64,000 nt of DNA from Flavobacteriales bacterium (lineage in GTDB: Bacteria; Bacteroidota; Bacteroidia; NS11-12g; UBA955), in assembly GCA_947463125.1 (NCBI GenBank), contig CANHQZ010000003.1, positions 26,483-90,482 of the forward strand, written 5' to 3'. Below are positions 48,193-56,889 of the stretch, one piece after another. Both the position numbers and the translations under genes were made by a program. The notes under the pieces were generated by a model that had not been told where the DNA came from, ran no database searches, and saw only the letters and a program-made list of their open reading frames with translations. Every line of letters begins with the position of its first letter. Position 1 is the first letter of the stretch.

Positions 48193-48210
48193 GTTTTGAA
48201 GTTTGTATGG

Positions 48211-49098
48211 TTAACAACCGCCCTGGTTGAACTGATAAATCATTTTATCGTCAATTGCATCATCGGTGTTTACCAGGTTGGGTTTCACAATCTGGTATTC
48301 GATACGGTATATTTTTTTACCGGCAGGAATTGCAAAAAACTTTTCAGGGATAATGCTGAACTGGAAAATCCCTTTCGCAGTCTGCTTCATCTTCAGCTGG
48401 GGAAAATCTGCTACTTTTTTGGCATTTACAGCAATTCTGTATGCCATACCTGCCGAGTCATAAGCAATGGGAAATACATACAATTCCGCGGCATTCTGCA
48501 TACTGATTTTTTCCTCTGCATTGTTGTTGTAAACAACGCTGAATACGTCTGCGGTAGTGGTAATCATGGTGTCTTTCTTCAAGCCTTTTCCGATGGGAAC
48601 AGTTTGAATTTTCACCACAGGTCCTGAGGGTGGATCCACAGCAATGGTCAGATCTTCTGTTTTTCTGTCAGGATCACCATATCCGCCACCGTCTTTGGGT
48701 TTTATGAGAAAATGAAAATCCTCTTTGTAAACCGTGGCTGCATCGCACTCATAGAATACAGTAGGAATCATTGTAAAACTGTAAACGCCCTCTGATTCTT
48801 TGGTCATTTTCAGCGCATCGTTGCTGCTTTTCCATGCTTGAGAACCAATTCCATTAGCCAAAGGATGTCCGGCGGGATGTTCTTTTGGCTTCCATGTCCA
48901 GATATACATATCTTCCGTGGTGGCAATGTCTACAATTCCCCAGTCATTTTTGGTTAACTTAAGATTAACCATGATTTTGCATGGTTTGGTCGGATCGAAT
49001 TCTTCAGGTTTATCGAGGTAGGCTGCCTGCCCGTATGCACCGGCCGAAAAACCCCCTATCAGGGCTATGGCCACATATTTAATCCAGTTCTTTTTCAT
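48211..49098 (-). CDS. Secreted two-module protein in the SusE/SusF position of the PUL (function unknown, possibly glucan binding)
   Basis: Signal peptide without a lipobox (GGFSAGAYGQAA). Internal duplication (LKMTKESEGVYSFTMIPTVFY... vs LKMKQTAKGIFQFSIIPEKFF...). Start overlaps the upstream gene by 4 nt. Confidence 0.55.
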   Translation of the reverse strand: MKKNWIKYVAIALIGGFSAGAYGQAAYLDKPEEFDPTKPCKIMVNLKLTKNDWGIVDIATTEDMYIWTWKPKEHPAGHPLANGIGSQAWKSSNDALKMTKESEGVYSFTMIPTVFYECDAATVYKEDFHFLIKPKDGGGYGDPDRKTEDLTIAVDPPSGPVVKIQTVPIGKGLKKDTMITTTADVFSVVYNNNAEEKISMQNAAELYVFPIAYDSAGMAYRIAVNAKKVADFPQLKMKQTAKGIFQFSIIPEKFFAIPAGKKIYRIEYQIVKPNLVNTDDAIDDKMIYQFNQGGC

Positions 49099-49562
49099 TT
49101 TCTTACAAAGCTAAATTGATAGATAGTACTTGGTTTTCCGCCACCGCAATAGCGGGTGAGCTGAATGCTGAGTTTTTGATCCACGGTCCTTATCGTTCTG
49201 AGTAGCTTAACGGTTTGAATGCCTGCATTTCCTGTCATCTCAATCTGTGTCGGGAAAGTGTTGTCGTCAAACTTCCACGTGCCGCTGCTTCCCAGGAAAA
49301 GGGGATCGGGCTGGTTAAATGCATAGGTGAAATCTTTGGAGTTAACATCAAGTTCAATGGGTGTGGCTCCTTTAAAAACGTCCGTTACATCCAGAACTAG
49401 ATCTTTGTTGGCAGGATCAAATTGTTTTACTTCATCCAGCACCCATACATCCTGTATTCCCTCCAGTTTGCTGGAAGCGTCATTGAGTTCACGGTTGTTT
49501 TTCTTGCAGGCCGGCAGTATCATTAGCAATGCCGCTGCGGCTGTAATAAATATATTTTTCAT
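49095..49562 (-). CDS. Small PUL-associated lipoprotein (lipocalin-like size and pattern)
   Basis: Lipobox (MILPAC). 155 aa, beta-rich. Coupled to the susD stop by a 1 nt overlap. Confidence 0.5.
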   Translation of the reverse strand: MKNIFITAAAALLMILPACKKNNRELNDASSKLEGIQDVWVLDEVKQFDPANKDLVLDVTDVFKGATPIELDVNSKDFTYAFNQPDPLFLGSSGTWKFDDNTFPTQIEMTGNAGIQTVKLLRTIRTVDQKLSIQLTRYCGGGKPSTIYQFSFVRK

Positions 49563-50947
49563 TAGTTACATCCTCCTTCAGGGTTAAAGATAAATCCTGC
49601 CGTTTTTTCATTCTGTGAAAACTGAAGCAGCATGCCGGGGCAGTTCCAGTCGCTGTTTCTGATTTTGATGTTTTCTCCTTTGGCTCCTCTTCTGCGCAGT
49701 TGTAAGGTCCAGTCGCCTTCAAATGCCAGTTCCAGGCGGCGCTGATGACGGATAGAGTCTTTCAGTGCCGATGTGCTGATGAGTGGGTCAATAGCAACCC
49801 AGTTGGTATCATAGGCACGCTTTCTGATTTTATCGACATCAGCAATGGCCTTGCTTTTGTCGCCACCGGTTTCGACTATACATTCGGCTCTCATCAGCAA
49901 TAAATCAGACAAGTGAATTAAGGGAACATTGAAAAAATCTTTGTCAAATTTATGACACAAATAGAATTCATTGGCTTTGCCTTTGTTCTTTACTTCATAG
50001 AACTTGCTGCGCAGATCATGACCCTGCATGGCCACTGCGGCAAAAGCAGCTGAAGGCTTCAATACCGGATTGGGATTGTTGTCTGCGCGGTAGTTATTGA
50101 TAAATGAGCTGCCTCGGTTATCGCTGTTGCCGGTGCTGATAAGCTGGAAGATAATTTCCTCCGGAGCGCCTTTGACAAACCTTGAGAATGAATCAGAGAA
50201 CGTATAAGTTCCGCTGTTGATGATTTCATCTGCCAAAGTCTGGGCTCCTGTAAAATCATTCATCATAAAAAGTACTTTTGATTTCAGGGCTTTTCCTGCA
50301 GCCGTGTTGGCATAGTTGTTATTGCTTGCGGGTAAATCTGCAATGGCGGCATCAAGATCGGCAAGCACTTGGTTGTAAACGGCTCCCACGCTGGCTCTCA
50401 ATTCAATGGTTTTATCGGCTTTGAGGCGAATGGGTACTCCGGGATGAGAATTATCCGCGGTGTAGCCGTAGGGCTGTGCCCAAAGTTTTACCAGTTCCCA
50501 GTGGCACCAGGCTCTCAGGAAACGGCCCTCCGCCAGGATGCGTTTTTTGTTTTCTGGGGTCATGTCTGAAACCTCGTCGATGCGCTCAAAAATGGTATTG
50601 ATTCGCAGTATGCAGTTGTAAAAGTCGAGGTATTCACGATCAGCAGTTCGGAAAGAGAACGTACCGCGATTCCAGATTGTGTAATACAGACTGCCTGCGG
50701 AGTTTTGCGGCTGCGCCAAATTTTCTCCCAACAGTTCGTGTATGTTCTGTACGGAACCGTTCATCAGGTTGGCGAATTCATCATAACATGAATTCAACAG
50801 TGCCTGAACATCAGCGGTAGTTTTGAGTGCATCGGCAGCCAGGGTAAGGTTTTCGGGTTTTAGATCCAGCATTTTTTTGCAGGAAACCCCAATGGCACTG
50901 ATACCGATCGCTGCTGCAATGGCGTATGTTTTGAATGTGTTTTTCAT
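49562..50947 (-). CDS. susD: SusD/RagB-family nutrient-binding outer membrane lipoprotein
   Basis: Lipobox (IGVSC). TPR-like helical N-terminal half (RA..HWELV.LWAQPY). Immediately downstream of susC with a 1 nt overlap. Confidence 0.85.
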   Translation of the reverse strand: MKNTFKTYAIAAAIGISAIGVSCKKMLDLKPENLTLAADALKTTADVQALLNSCYDEFANLMNGSVQNIHELLGENLAQPQNSAGSLYYTIWNRGTFSFRTADREYLDFYNCILRINTIFERIDEVSDMTPENKKRILAEGRFLRAWCHWELVKLWAQPYGYTADNSHPGVPIRLKADKTIELRASVGAVYNQVLADLDAAIADLPASNNNYANTAAGKALKSKVLFMMNDFTGAQTLADEIINSGTYTFSDSFSRFVKGAPEEIIFQLISTGNSDNRGSSFINNYRADNNPNPVLKPSAAFAAVAMQGHDLRSKFYEVKNKGKANEFYLCHKFDKDFFNVPLIHLSDLLLMRAECIVETGGDKSKAIADVDKIRKRAYDTNWVAIDPLISTSALKDSIRHQRRLELAFEGDWTLQLRRRGAKGENIKIRNSDWNCPGMLLQFSQNEKTAGFIFNPEGGCN

Positions 50948-53900
50948 CAGAATGTGAGGTTGAGGGTTAAGTTGTAAGACTTCTCCTGAGGTGCGGTCAG
51001 GTAGGTAATGTTCGAACTCATGTTTCTGTCAGCGGGGTTTTCGAAATCGCGGGCAATTTCAGGGTCTCCGCCGGTGAATCTGGTAAATGTCAATAGGTTG
51101 GTTCCGGTAAAGATGATTCGGCTGGATTGTATGGATTTTCCAAACCATTTGGCAGGAATGCGGTAGCCGATGGAAAGGTTACGCAGACGCAGGTAGCTTC
51201 CATCCTCCAAAAACAGCGTGGTGTTGTACTGATAAGGATCCGGTGGCAGACCATACTGATCGGTTTGCATAGACAGTTTCGGATATTTCGCCACATCGCC
51301 GGGCTGCTGCCAGCGGTCAAAGTAGTCTGTGGTCATGTTCCAGTCGGTTACTACGCCGTTCTGGCGCTTTCCGCTGGAATTATAGATATTTCCTCCAATT
51401 TTATATACAAACAGGCAGCTGAGGTTCCAGTTTTTCCAGGTAAAATTGTTGGTCAAACCGCCCACAGCTTTGGGAAGTACACTGCCAACAGCCACGCGGT
51501 TGTCATTGCTCCAAGTGAAGGTTTCATTTCCGTCTTTGTCCAGGTAAACGGGTCTTCCGGTAGCAGGGTCAACATGGGAGAAGCGCACGAGGTAGTTGGT
51601 ACCAATGGGCTGGCCTACCACCACGCGGGTATCGTTGGTTCCGCCTGAAACAGCGTCCTGGGTGTAAACACCAATGTTCAGGATTTCGTTGTAGTTTCTT
51701 GCAATGTTGAACTGGGTTGTCCAGGAGAACAGTTTTTTAACAATGTTTCTTGAGGTAAATGAGAATTCAAGTCCGGTATTGCGAACTGCGCCCACATTGT
51801 CATAGTAAGAGGAGAAGCCTAGTGAGCGTGGCACGGCAAGATCCAGAATCACACCGTTGGTGGTTTTGTTGTAATAAGAAAGTTCCCAGGTAATGCGGTT
51901 TTTCATTAGTCCGCCTTCCACGGTCACATCCAGCACATCGGAAGTTTCCCATTTCAAATCGGGGTTTTCCAGACGGGTGGGGAAAATGCTGGGATTGCCA
52001 TTGTAGCCAAATGAGTTCTGGGGAGGGGTGAAAGTACCGCGCCAGGCGTAGTTTTCGTTCGGGGTATTACCGGTGCGTCCAAAACCTGCTTTAACTTTCA
52101 GGAAGTTGTTTCTGCGGAAATTGCGCATAAAATTTTCATCGCTCACTACCCATGCGCCTGATACTGCAGGGAAGAAGCCATAGGCGTTGTTGGGACCGAA
52201 GCGTGACGATCCGTCCGATCTCATGGTAAACTGCAGGATGTATTTATTCTGAAGTTTATAATTCATGCGCAGAAAATAAGAGGCAAATGCGAAGGCTTCG
52301 GTGGCGTTTTTGCGCTCGAAACGGGTAGAAGCAGCGCCTCCCTGCTCTCCTTTATAAAGGGCATGCGCCATGTCGCTCACTTCCAGATAACTGGACCTGA
52401 CGATGGATTTCTGAAATTCAGTTCCCACCATGGCATCGAGGCTTTGTTTATCGGTATTGAGGATATTATAATTGGTTATCAGGTTGTAGTTATAGTTGAA
52501 TGTACTGCGGGGAGAACGCTTTGCAATTCCTGCGTGGTTTGTATTGATAAGCGCCTTGGGCTCATAGATATCTTCGAAGAAGTCCATATTATCAATAGCA
52601 CCAAACGCCGAAACTACCCATTTGTCAGATATTTTGTAGGATGCTTTGAAGTTGTTGATTGTCCGGTTTTCTGTGGTTCTCCAGTCTTTCAGATTGCGCA
52701 CCGCCACAGGATTTAGGCTTCCTGCTCCAGGTCTCCAGTAATTTCCTGAAGTATCATAAATAGGATAGAAAGGGAGAGCCGTACTCATAGCAGCGCCAAA
52801 ACCCCCGCTCCAGGCTCCGTCCACGCGGTTGTTAACACCTTGCGTGTAGGATGAACTGAGGCTTAATGTCAGGTTTTTGATGGGTTCGTAATCCACGTTC
52901 AGGCGAGCTGAACTGCGCTTGTAGCGGCTGCCGATCACAAAACTTCCATTGTTATCATAGGTAAGACCCAAATAGGCGCCCAGCTTATTTTTACGGTAGG
53001 TTGTACCCAGCGAATACATTTGCTTAATGCCCATACCCATGGTTTCATCCACCCAGTCGGTATTGGTATTCTCCGCTTCCTCCCATGAAATGTTGTTTGG
53101 GAGGGGAGCACGACCAGTTCCACCATCATTTTCCCAGGCTTCCTGATACATTTGCAAAAGTTGCTTGCTGTTTAGCATCTGCGGGCGGAAGGTAGGTTGA
53201 GATGTGCCTACACGGGACGAAAAATCAAACTTTAAACCGTTCTTCTTGGCGCGTTTGGTGGTTATCAGAATTACACCGTTAGAACCGCGTGAACCGTAAA
53301 TAGAGGTAGCCGCGGCGTCCTTTAATATATCAATAGATTCAATGTCTTCCGGGTTAAGTGTGGCAAGCGGGTTGTTGTTGAAACCACCGTTGTTTCCGTT
53401 CACAAAGTAATTCTGCGAAATGGGAATACCGTCAACTATATATAACGGGTCACCGGCAGCTGAAATCGAGGCTACGCCGCGAATGCGCACCAGCGTTCCG
53501 GATCCTGCCACGCCGCTTCCGGTAGTAATCTGCACACCGGGTGCTTTACCCTGAATGGCAGCTTCAAAGCTGGGTGTTGGCATGTCCTGCACATCGGCGC
53601 CTTTCAGTGAGGTAACCGAACCGGTGAGGTCGCGCTTGGTGGTGGTTCCGTAGCCAATGATTACCACTTCTCCCACATCGGATGAAGGGTTAAGGGTAAA
53701 ATCAGGCAGGGTTGTTTGTCCGGCTTTTACACTTACGGTTTCGGAGGCTTCCAGATAGTCTTTGGCCGAAATAGTCAGCGTGTGACTGCCCACAGAAAGG
53801 GAGATGGAAAAGTTGCCGTTGGCATCCGTAGTGGTTGTGGTTGTGCCGGAAGTGGTTTTGATTACCGCGCCTTCAACGGCTTTTCCGTTTTGATTCTTTA

Positions 53901-53988
53901 CCTTGCCTGCAAGCGTGGGATTCTGCGCCAATGCAGGTATTATACCTGATAAGAGCAAAACCAAAAGTATAGGTATGTGTTTTTTCAT
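50947..53988 (-). CDS. susC: SusC/RagA-family TonB-dependent outer membrane transporter
   Basis: CarboxypepD_reg-like N-terminus (LAGKVKNQNGKAVEGAVIK), TonB-box/plug region (VVIIGYGTTTKRDLTGSV), SusC signature (ITTGSGVAGSGTLVRIRG...GDPLYIVDG) and 1013 aa length. No STN domain. Confidence 0.92.
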   Translation of the reverse strand: MKKHIPILLVLLLSGIIPALAQNPTLAGKVKNQNGKAVEGAVIKTTSGTTTTTTDANGNFSISLSVGSHTLTISAKDYLEASETVSVKAGQTTLPDFTLNPSSDVGEVVIIGYGTTTKRDLTGSVTSLKGADVQDMPTPSFEAAIQGKAPGVQITTGSGVAGSGTLVRIRGVASISAAGDPLYIVDGIPISQNYFVNGNNGGFNNNPLATLNPEDIESIDILKDAAATSIYGSRGSNGVILITTKRAKKNGLKFDFSSRVGTSQPTFRPQMLNSKQLLQMYQEAWENDGGTGRAPLPNNISWEEAENTNTDWVDETMGMGIKQMYSLGTTYRKNKLGAYLGLTYDNNGSFVIGSRYKRSSARLNVDYEPIKNLTLSLSSSYTQGVNNRVDGAWSGGFGAAMSTALPFYPIYDTSGNYWRPGAGSLNPVAVRNLKDWRTTENRTINNFKASYKISDKWVVSAFGAIDNMDFFEDIYEPKALINTNHAGIAKRSPRSTFNYNYNLITNYNILNTDKQSLDAMVGTEFQKSIVRSSYLEVSDMAHALYKGEQGGAASTRFERKNATEAFAFASYFLRMNYKLQNKYILQFTMRSDGSSRFGPNNAYGFFPAVSGAWVVSDENFMRNFRRNNFLKVKAGFGRTGNTPNENYAWRGTFTPPQNSFGYNGNPSIFPTRLENPDLKWETSDVLDVTVEGGLMKNRITWELSYYNKTTNGVILDLAVPRSLGFSSYYDNVGAVRNTGLEFSFTSRNIVKKLFSWTTQFNIARNYNEILNIGVYTQDAVSGGTNDTRVVVGQPIGTNYLVRFSHVDPATGRPVYLDKDGNETFTWSNDNRVAVGSVLPKAVGGLTNNFTWKNWNLSCLFVYKIGGNIYNSSGKRQNGVVTDWNMTTDYFDRWQQPGDVAKYPKLSMQTDQYGLPPDPYQYNTTLFLEDGSYLRLRNLSIGYRIPAKWFGKSIQSSRIIFTGTNLLTFTRFTGGDPEIARDFENPADRNMSSNITYLTAPQEKSYNLTLNLTF

Positions 53989-53999
53989 AAAGAAACTCG

Positions 54000-54018
54000 T
54001 TGTGTCAAAAGTACACTA
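54000..54018. promoter_or_regulatory. Candidate operator S3 (TTGTGTCAAAAGTACACTA), 12 nt upstream of the susC ATG
   Basis: GTGT-N7-ACACTA inverted repeat. Its centre contains a minus-strand TAnnTTTG -7 box (TACTTTTG, 54006-54013). Confidence 0.5.
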
Positions 54019-54147
54019 TGTAATCGAAAAAACAAGAACAAGTTTTTAATGCGTTTAATTTTTAATGCAATTTTGTTGACCTAAAAAGTTACAGATTGTG
54101 GGCAAGATGAGAAAAACTGATTTCCAAGACCCTTTTACTTTGCAGCA

Positions 54148-55041
54148 TTGAAAATTGCCGCCGTTGATATCGGTTCCAATGCAGTGAGGCTCTATATCGC
54201 CAGGCCGTTGCATGAAGATTTACCAGATACAGACTTTAAGCAGGTAGAATTTACCCGTTTGCCGCTACGGCTTGGTGATGATGTTTTTAAAAACAGGGAG
54301 ATTGGAAAGAAAAAATCCGATTTACTTGTGAAGGCCATGCAATCGTTTGCATTGCTGCTGGAGATATACAATGTGGATGCTGTGCGTGTTTGTGCCACCA
54401 GCGCCATGCGGGATGCAGAAAATGGCGAAAAACTGGTCAAAGATATCCGCAAAATCACCGGTTTGAATATTGATATCATTTCAGGTAAAGAAGAGAGTCG
54501 CCTTGTGCAGGCTGCAATTATCGACAGTCTGCCCGGTAAAAGCACATTTCTGCATGTGGATGTGGGCGGTGGAAGCACTGAAATCAGTTTAATCCGAAAC
54601 GGAAAAATAAAGCAGTACGAGAGTTTCAATATTGGAACGGTGCGCATGCGGGAAGGCAAGGTAAAGCAACCGGAGATAATCCGTATGCTTAAATGGCTTT
54701 CTGATTTGAATTTGCCTGCAGACCAGTCTGTGAAGGCCATAGGAACCGGCGGAAATATTGTAAAACTTCATTCCCTTGCCGGAACAGCGTCAAAAGAAGC
54801 CATGAACCTGCACCATTTAAAAAGCACCAACGCTTATATAGAATCTTTGACCCATCATGACAGGGTTTATGAGCTAAAGCTGAATCCGGACCGGGCAGAG
54901 GTAATCAACCATGCGGGCAATATTTTCATACAGATTATGGAACATTGCCACATACACGAAATTTACGCACCCAATGTGGGGCTTAAGGATGGCATCGTAA
55001 AACAGTTGTGGAAGAAACGTTTTCGGGCTAAGAAATCGTAA
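54148..55041 (+). CDS. Ppx/GppA-family phosphatase (short, exopolyphosphatase-like)
   Basis: N-terminal actin-like ATPase motif (IAAVDIGSNAVRL) and second phosphate motif (VDVGGGSTE). TTG start. Confidence 0.78.
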   Translation: MKIAAVDIGSNAVRLYIARPLHEDLPDTDFKQVEFTRLPLRLGDDVFKNREIGKKKSDLLVKAMQSFALLLEIYNVDAVRVCATSAMRDAENGEKLVKDIRKITGLNIDIISGKEESRLVQAAIIDSLPGKSTFLHVDVGGGSTEISLIRNGKIKQYESFNIGTVRMREGKVKQPEIIRMLKWLSDLNLPADQSVKAIGTGGNIVKLHSLAGTASKEAMNLHHLKSTNAYIESLTHHDRVYELKLNPDRAEVINHAGNIFIQIMEHCHIHEIYAPNVGLKDGIVKQLWKKRFRAKKS

Positions 55042-56302
55042 AGGTTAGCAGCGCCTGACCCAGTTTCCAGATATCGGTGAAGCTGTTGTACAGAGGAACC
55101 GGTGCCATACGGATGACATTGGGTTCACGCCAGTCAGCCACAATACCCTGCTTTGTCAAATGGTCAAAAAGTCTTTTCCCATTTTCATCGGTAAGCAGGC
55201 TAATCTGGCAACCCCGCTCGCCGTCGGGTGTGATAATGCTGAAACGAAGGTTGGGGTTTTGATTGCGGCAATCTTTTAGGATGAAATCAAGGTAACCGGT
55301 GAGTTTTTTGCTTTTATCTGCCAGATTTTTCATGCCTGCCCTGTGAAAGATATCGAGGCTGGCAGCGTGCACGGCCATGCCAAATACGGGCGCATTCGAT
55401 AACTGCCAGCCTGCAGCTCCGGGTTCAGGTTCATAGCCGCGCTGCATCAGAAAGCGCTTGTCTTCGCGGTAGCCCCACCAGCCCGATAAACGGGGCGTTT
55501 CAGGATTCAGGGAGTGCCGCTCGTGAATGAAAACCCCTGAAACGTTGCCGGGCCCGCTGTTCAGGTATTTATAGCTGCACCAGGCGGCAAAATCCACATT
55601 CCATTCATGCAGTTTGAGGGCTACGTTGCCGGCGGCGTGTGCCAGGTCAAAACCTGCAGGAACACCTGCTTTATGCGCCGCTTCAGTGATGGCCGGTATA
55701 TTGAAATATTGCCCCGTGTAGTATTGCACACCACTGAAAAATACCAGCGCGAGCTGATCGGCGTGTTCTTCTATGGCGGCAATAATATCCTCGGTATGCA
55801 GCGTATGTTCGCCTTCACGAGGCTTCAGCTCAATAACGGCGTCATCATAATCAAATCCGTGAAATTCTACCTGGCTTTGCACGGCATACATATCGCTGGG
55901 AAATGCACCGGCCTCCATGATGATTTTATAACGCTCCTCATCCGGTCTGTAAAAACTCGCCATGAGCAGGTGCAGATTTACGGTAAGCTGGTTCATCACA
56001 ACAACTTCGTGCGGTTGGGCACCCACCAGTTCTGCCGTATTGTCCGTTAAAAACTTGTGATAGTGAAACCAGGGCTTTTTGCCATGAAAATGCCCTTCAA
56101 CGCCCCATTTTTGCCATTCATCCAGCTCGGACTGTAAATACTGCCCGGCAGTTTTTGGCTGAAGGCCGAGGGAATTCCCGCATAAGTAAATAAGCGGTGC
56201 TCCACGCTCATCTGTGGGAAACCAGAACTCATTTCTGTACGAAGCCAGTGCATCGGCCTTGTCCTGTTCCTCAGCAAATGCAGGAGTATTGGCAAAATTC
56301 AT
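55028..56302 (-). CDS. kynU: Kynureninase
   Basis: About 424 aa PLP enzyme. N-terminal pattern (A..LD..D.LA..R.EF..P), CSYKYLNSGPG with the PLP lysine, and WWG motif. Confidence 0.88.
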   Translation of the reverse strand: MNFANTPAFAEEQDKADALASYRNEFWFPTDERGAPLIYLCGNSLGLQPKTAGQYLQSELDEWQKWGVEGHFHGKKPWFHYHKFLTDNTAELVGAQPHEVVVMNQLTVNLHLLMASFYRPDEERYKIIMEAGAFPSDMYAVQSQVEFHGFDYDDAVIELKPREGEHTLHTEDIIAAIEEHADQLALVFFSGVQYYTGQYFNIPAITEAAHKAGVPAGFDLAHAAGNVALKLHEWNVDFAAWCSYKYLNSGPGNVSGVFIHERHSLNPETPRLSGWWGYREDKRFLMQRGYEPEPGAAGWQLSNAPVFGMAVHAASLDIFHRAGMKNLADKSKKLTGYLDFILKDCRNQNPNLRFSIITPDGERGCQISLLTDENGKRLFDHLTKQGIVADWREPNVIRMAPVPLYNSFTDIWKLGQALLTFTIS

Positions 56303-56378
56303 GTGGCAAATTTACACAGATGCATGCTTGTGAACTCGCATAAATTCATTAAACTCGCAAACATTTTATTGGCATTTT

Positions 56379-56828
56379 ATGAAACTGGAAGATGAAATAA
56401 AACAAAGTAAATTCACCTCATCCCGGCAAAAGGTTTTGGTGAATATCATCTTTACGGCCAACTGGGTTAATGCCAGGCTGAGTGATATCATCAAGAGCCA
56501 TCAAATTACCCTACAGCAATACAATGTGCTTCGCATTTTGCGGGGCAAATACCCAAAATCGGCCAATCCGGGGGAAATTAAAGCGGTTATGTTGGATAAA
56601 AATCCAGATCTGACAAGGTTATGCGACAGAATGTGCACGCAGGGCCTCATCAGCAGAAACATTGATGAGGTAAACCGACGAAAAATGAACATTTGTATTA
56701 CGGATAAAGGCCTTGAAGTACTTGAACAGATTGATCCTGAAATACATAAAATTGAGCAAATGATGGTACACCTCCAGGATGCCGAATCAGAGCAACTTAG
56801 CGATCTGCTCGACAGGCTTCGGGGTTAA
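56379..56828 (+). CDS. MarR-family transcriptional regulator
   Basis: 149 aa with a winged helix (ITLQQYNVLRILRG...DRMCTQGLISR.....RRKMNI.ITDKG). Confidence 0.85.
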   Translation: MKLEDEIKQSKFTSSRQKVLVNIIFTANWVNARLSDIIKSHQITLQQYNVLRILRGKYPKSANPGEIKAVMLDKNPDLTRLCDRMCTQGLISRNIDEVNRRKMNICITDKGLEVLEQIDPEIHKIEQMMVHLQDAESEQLSDLLDRLRG

Positions 56829-56889
56829 CGCATTGCACGCTGCCGCATTAGAAAGGTTTAATCAATGCTCCCCCCCGATGGATCCGTCG

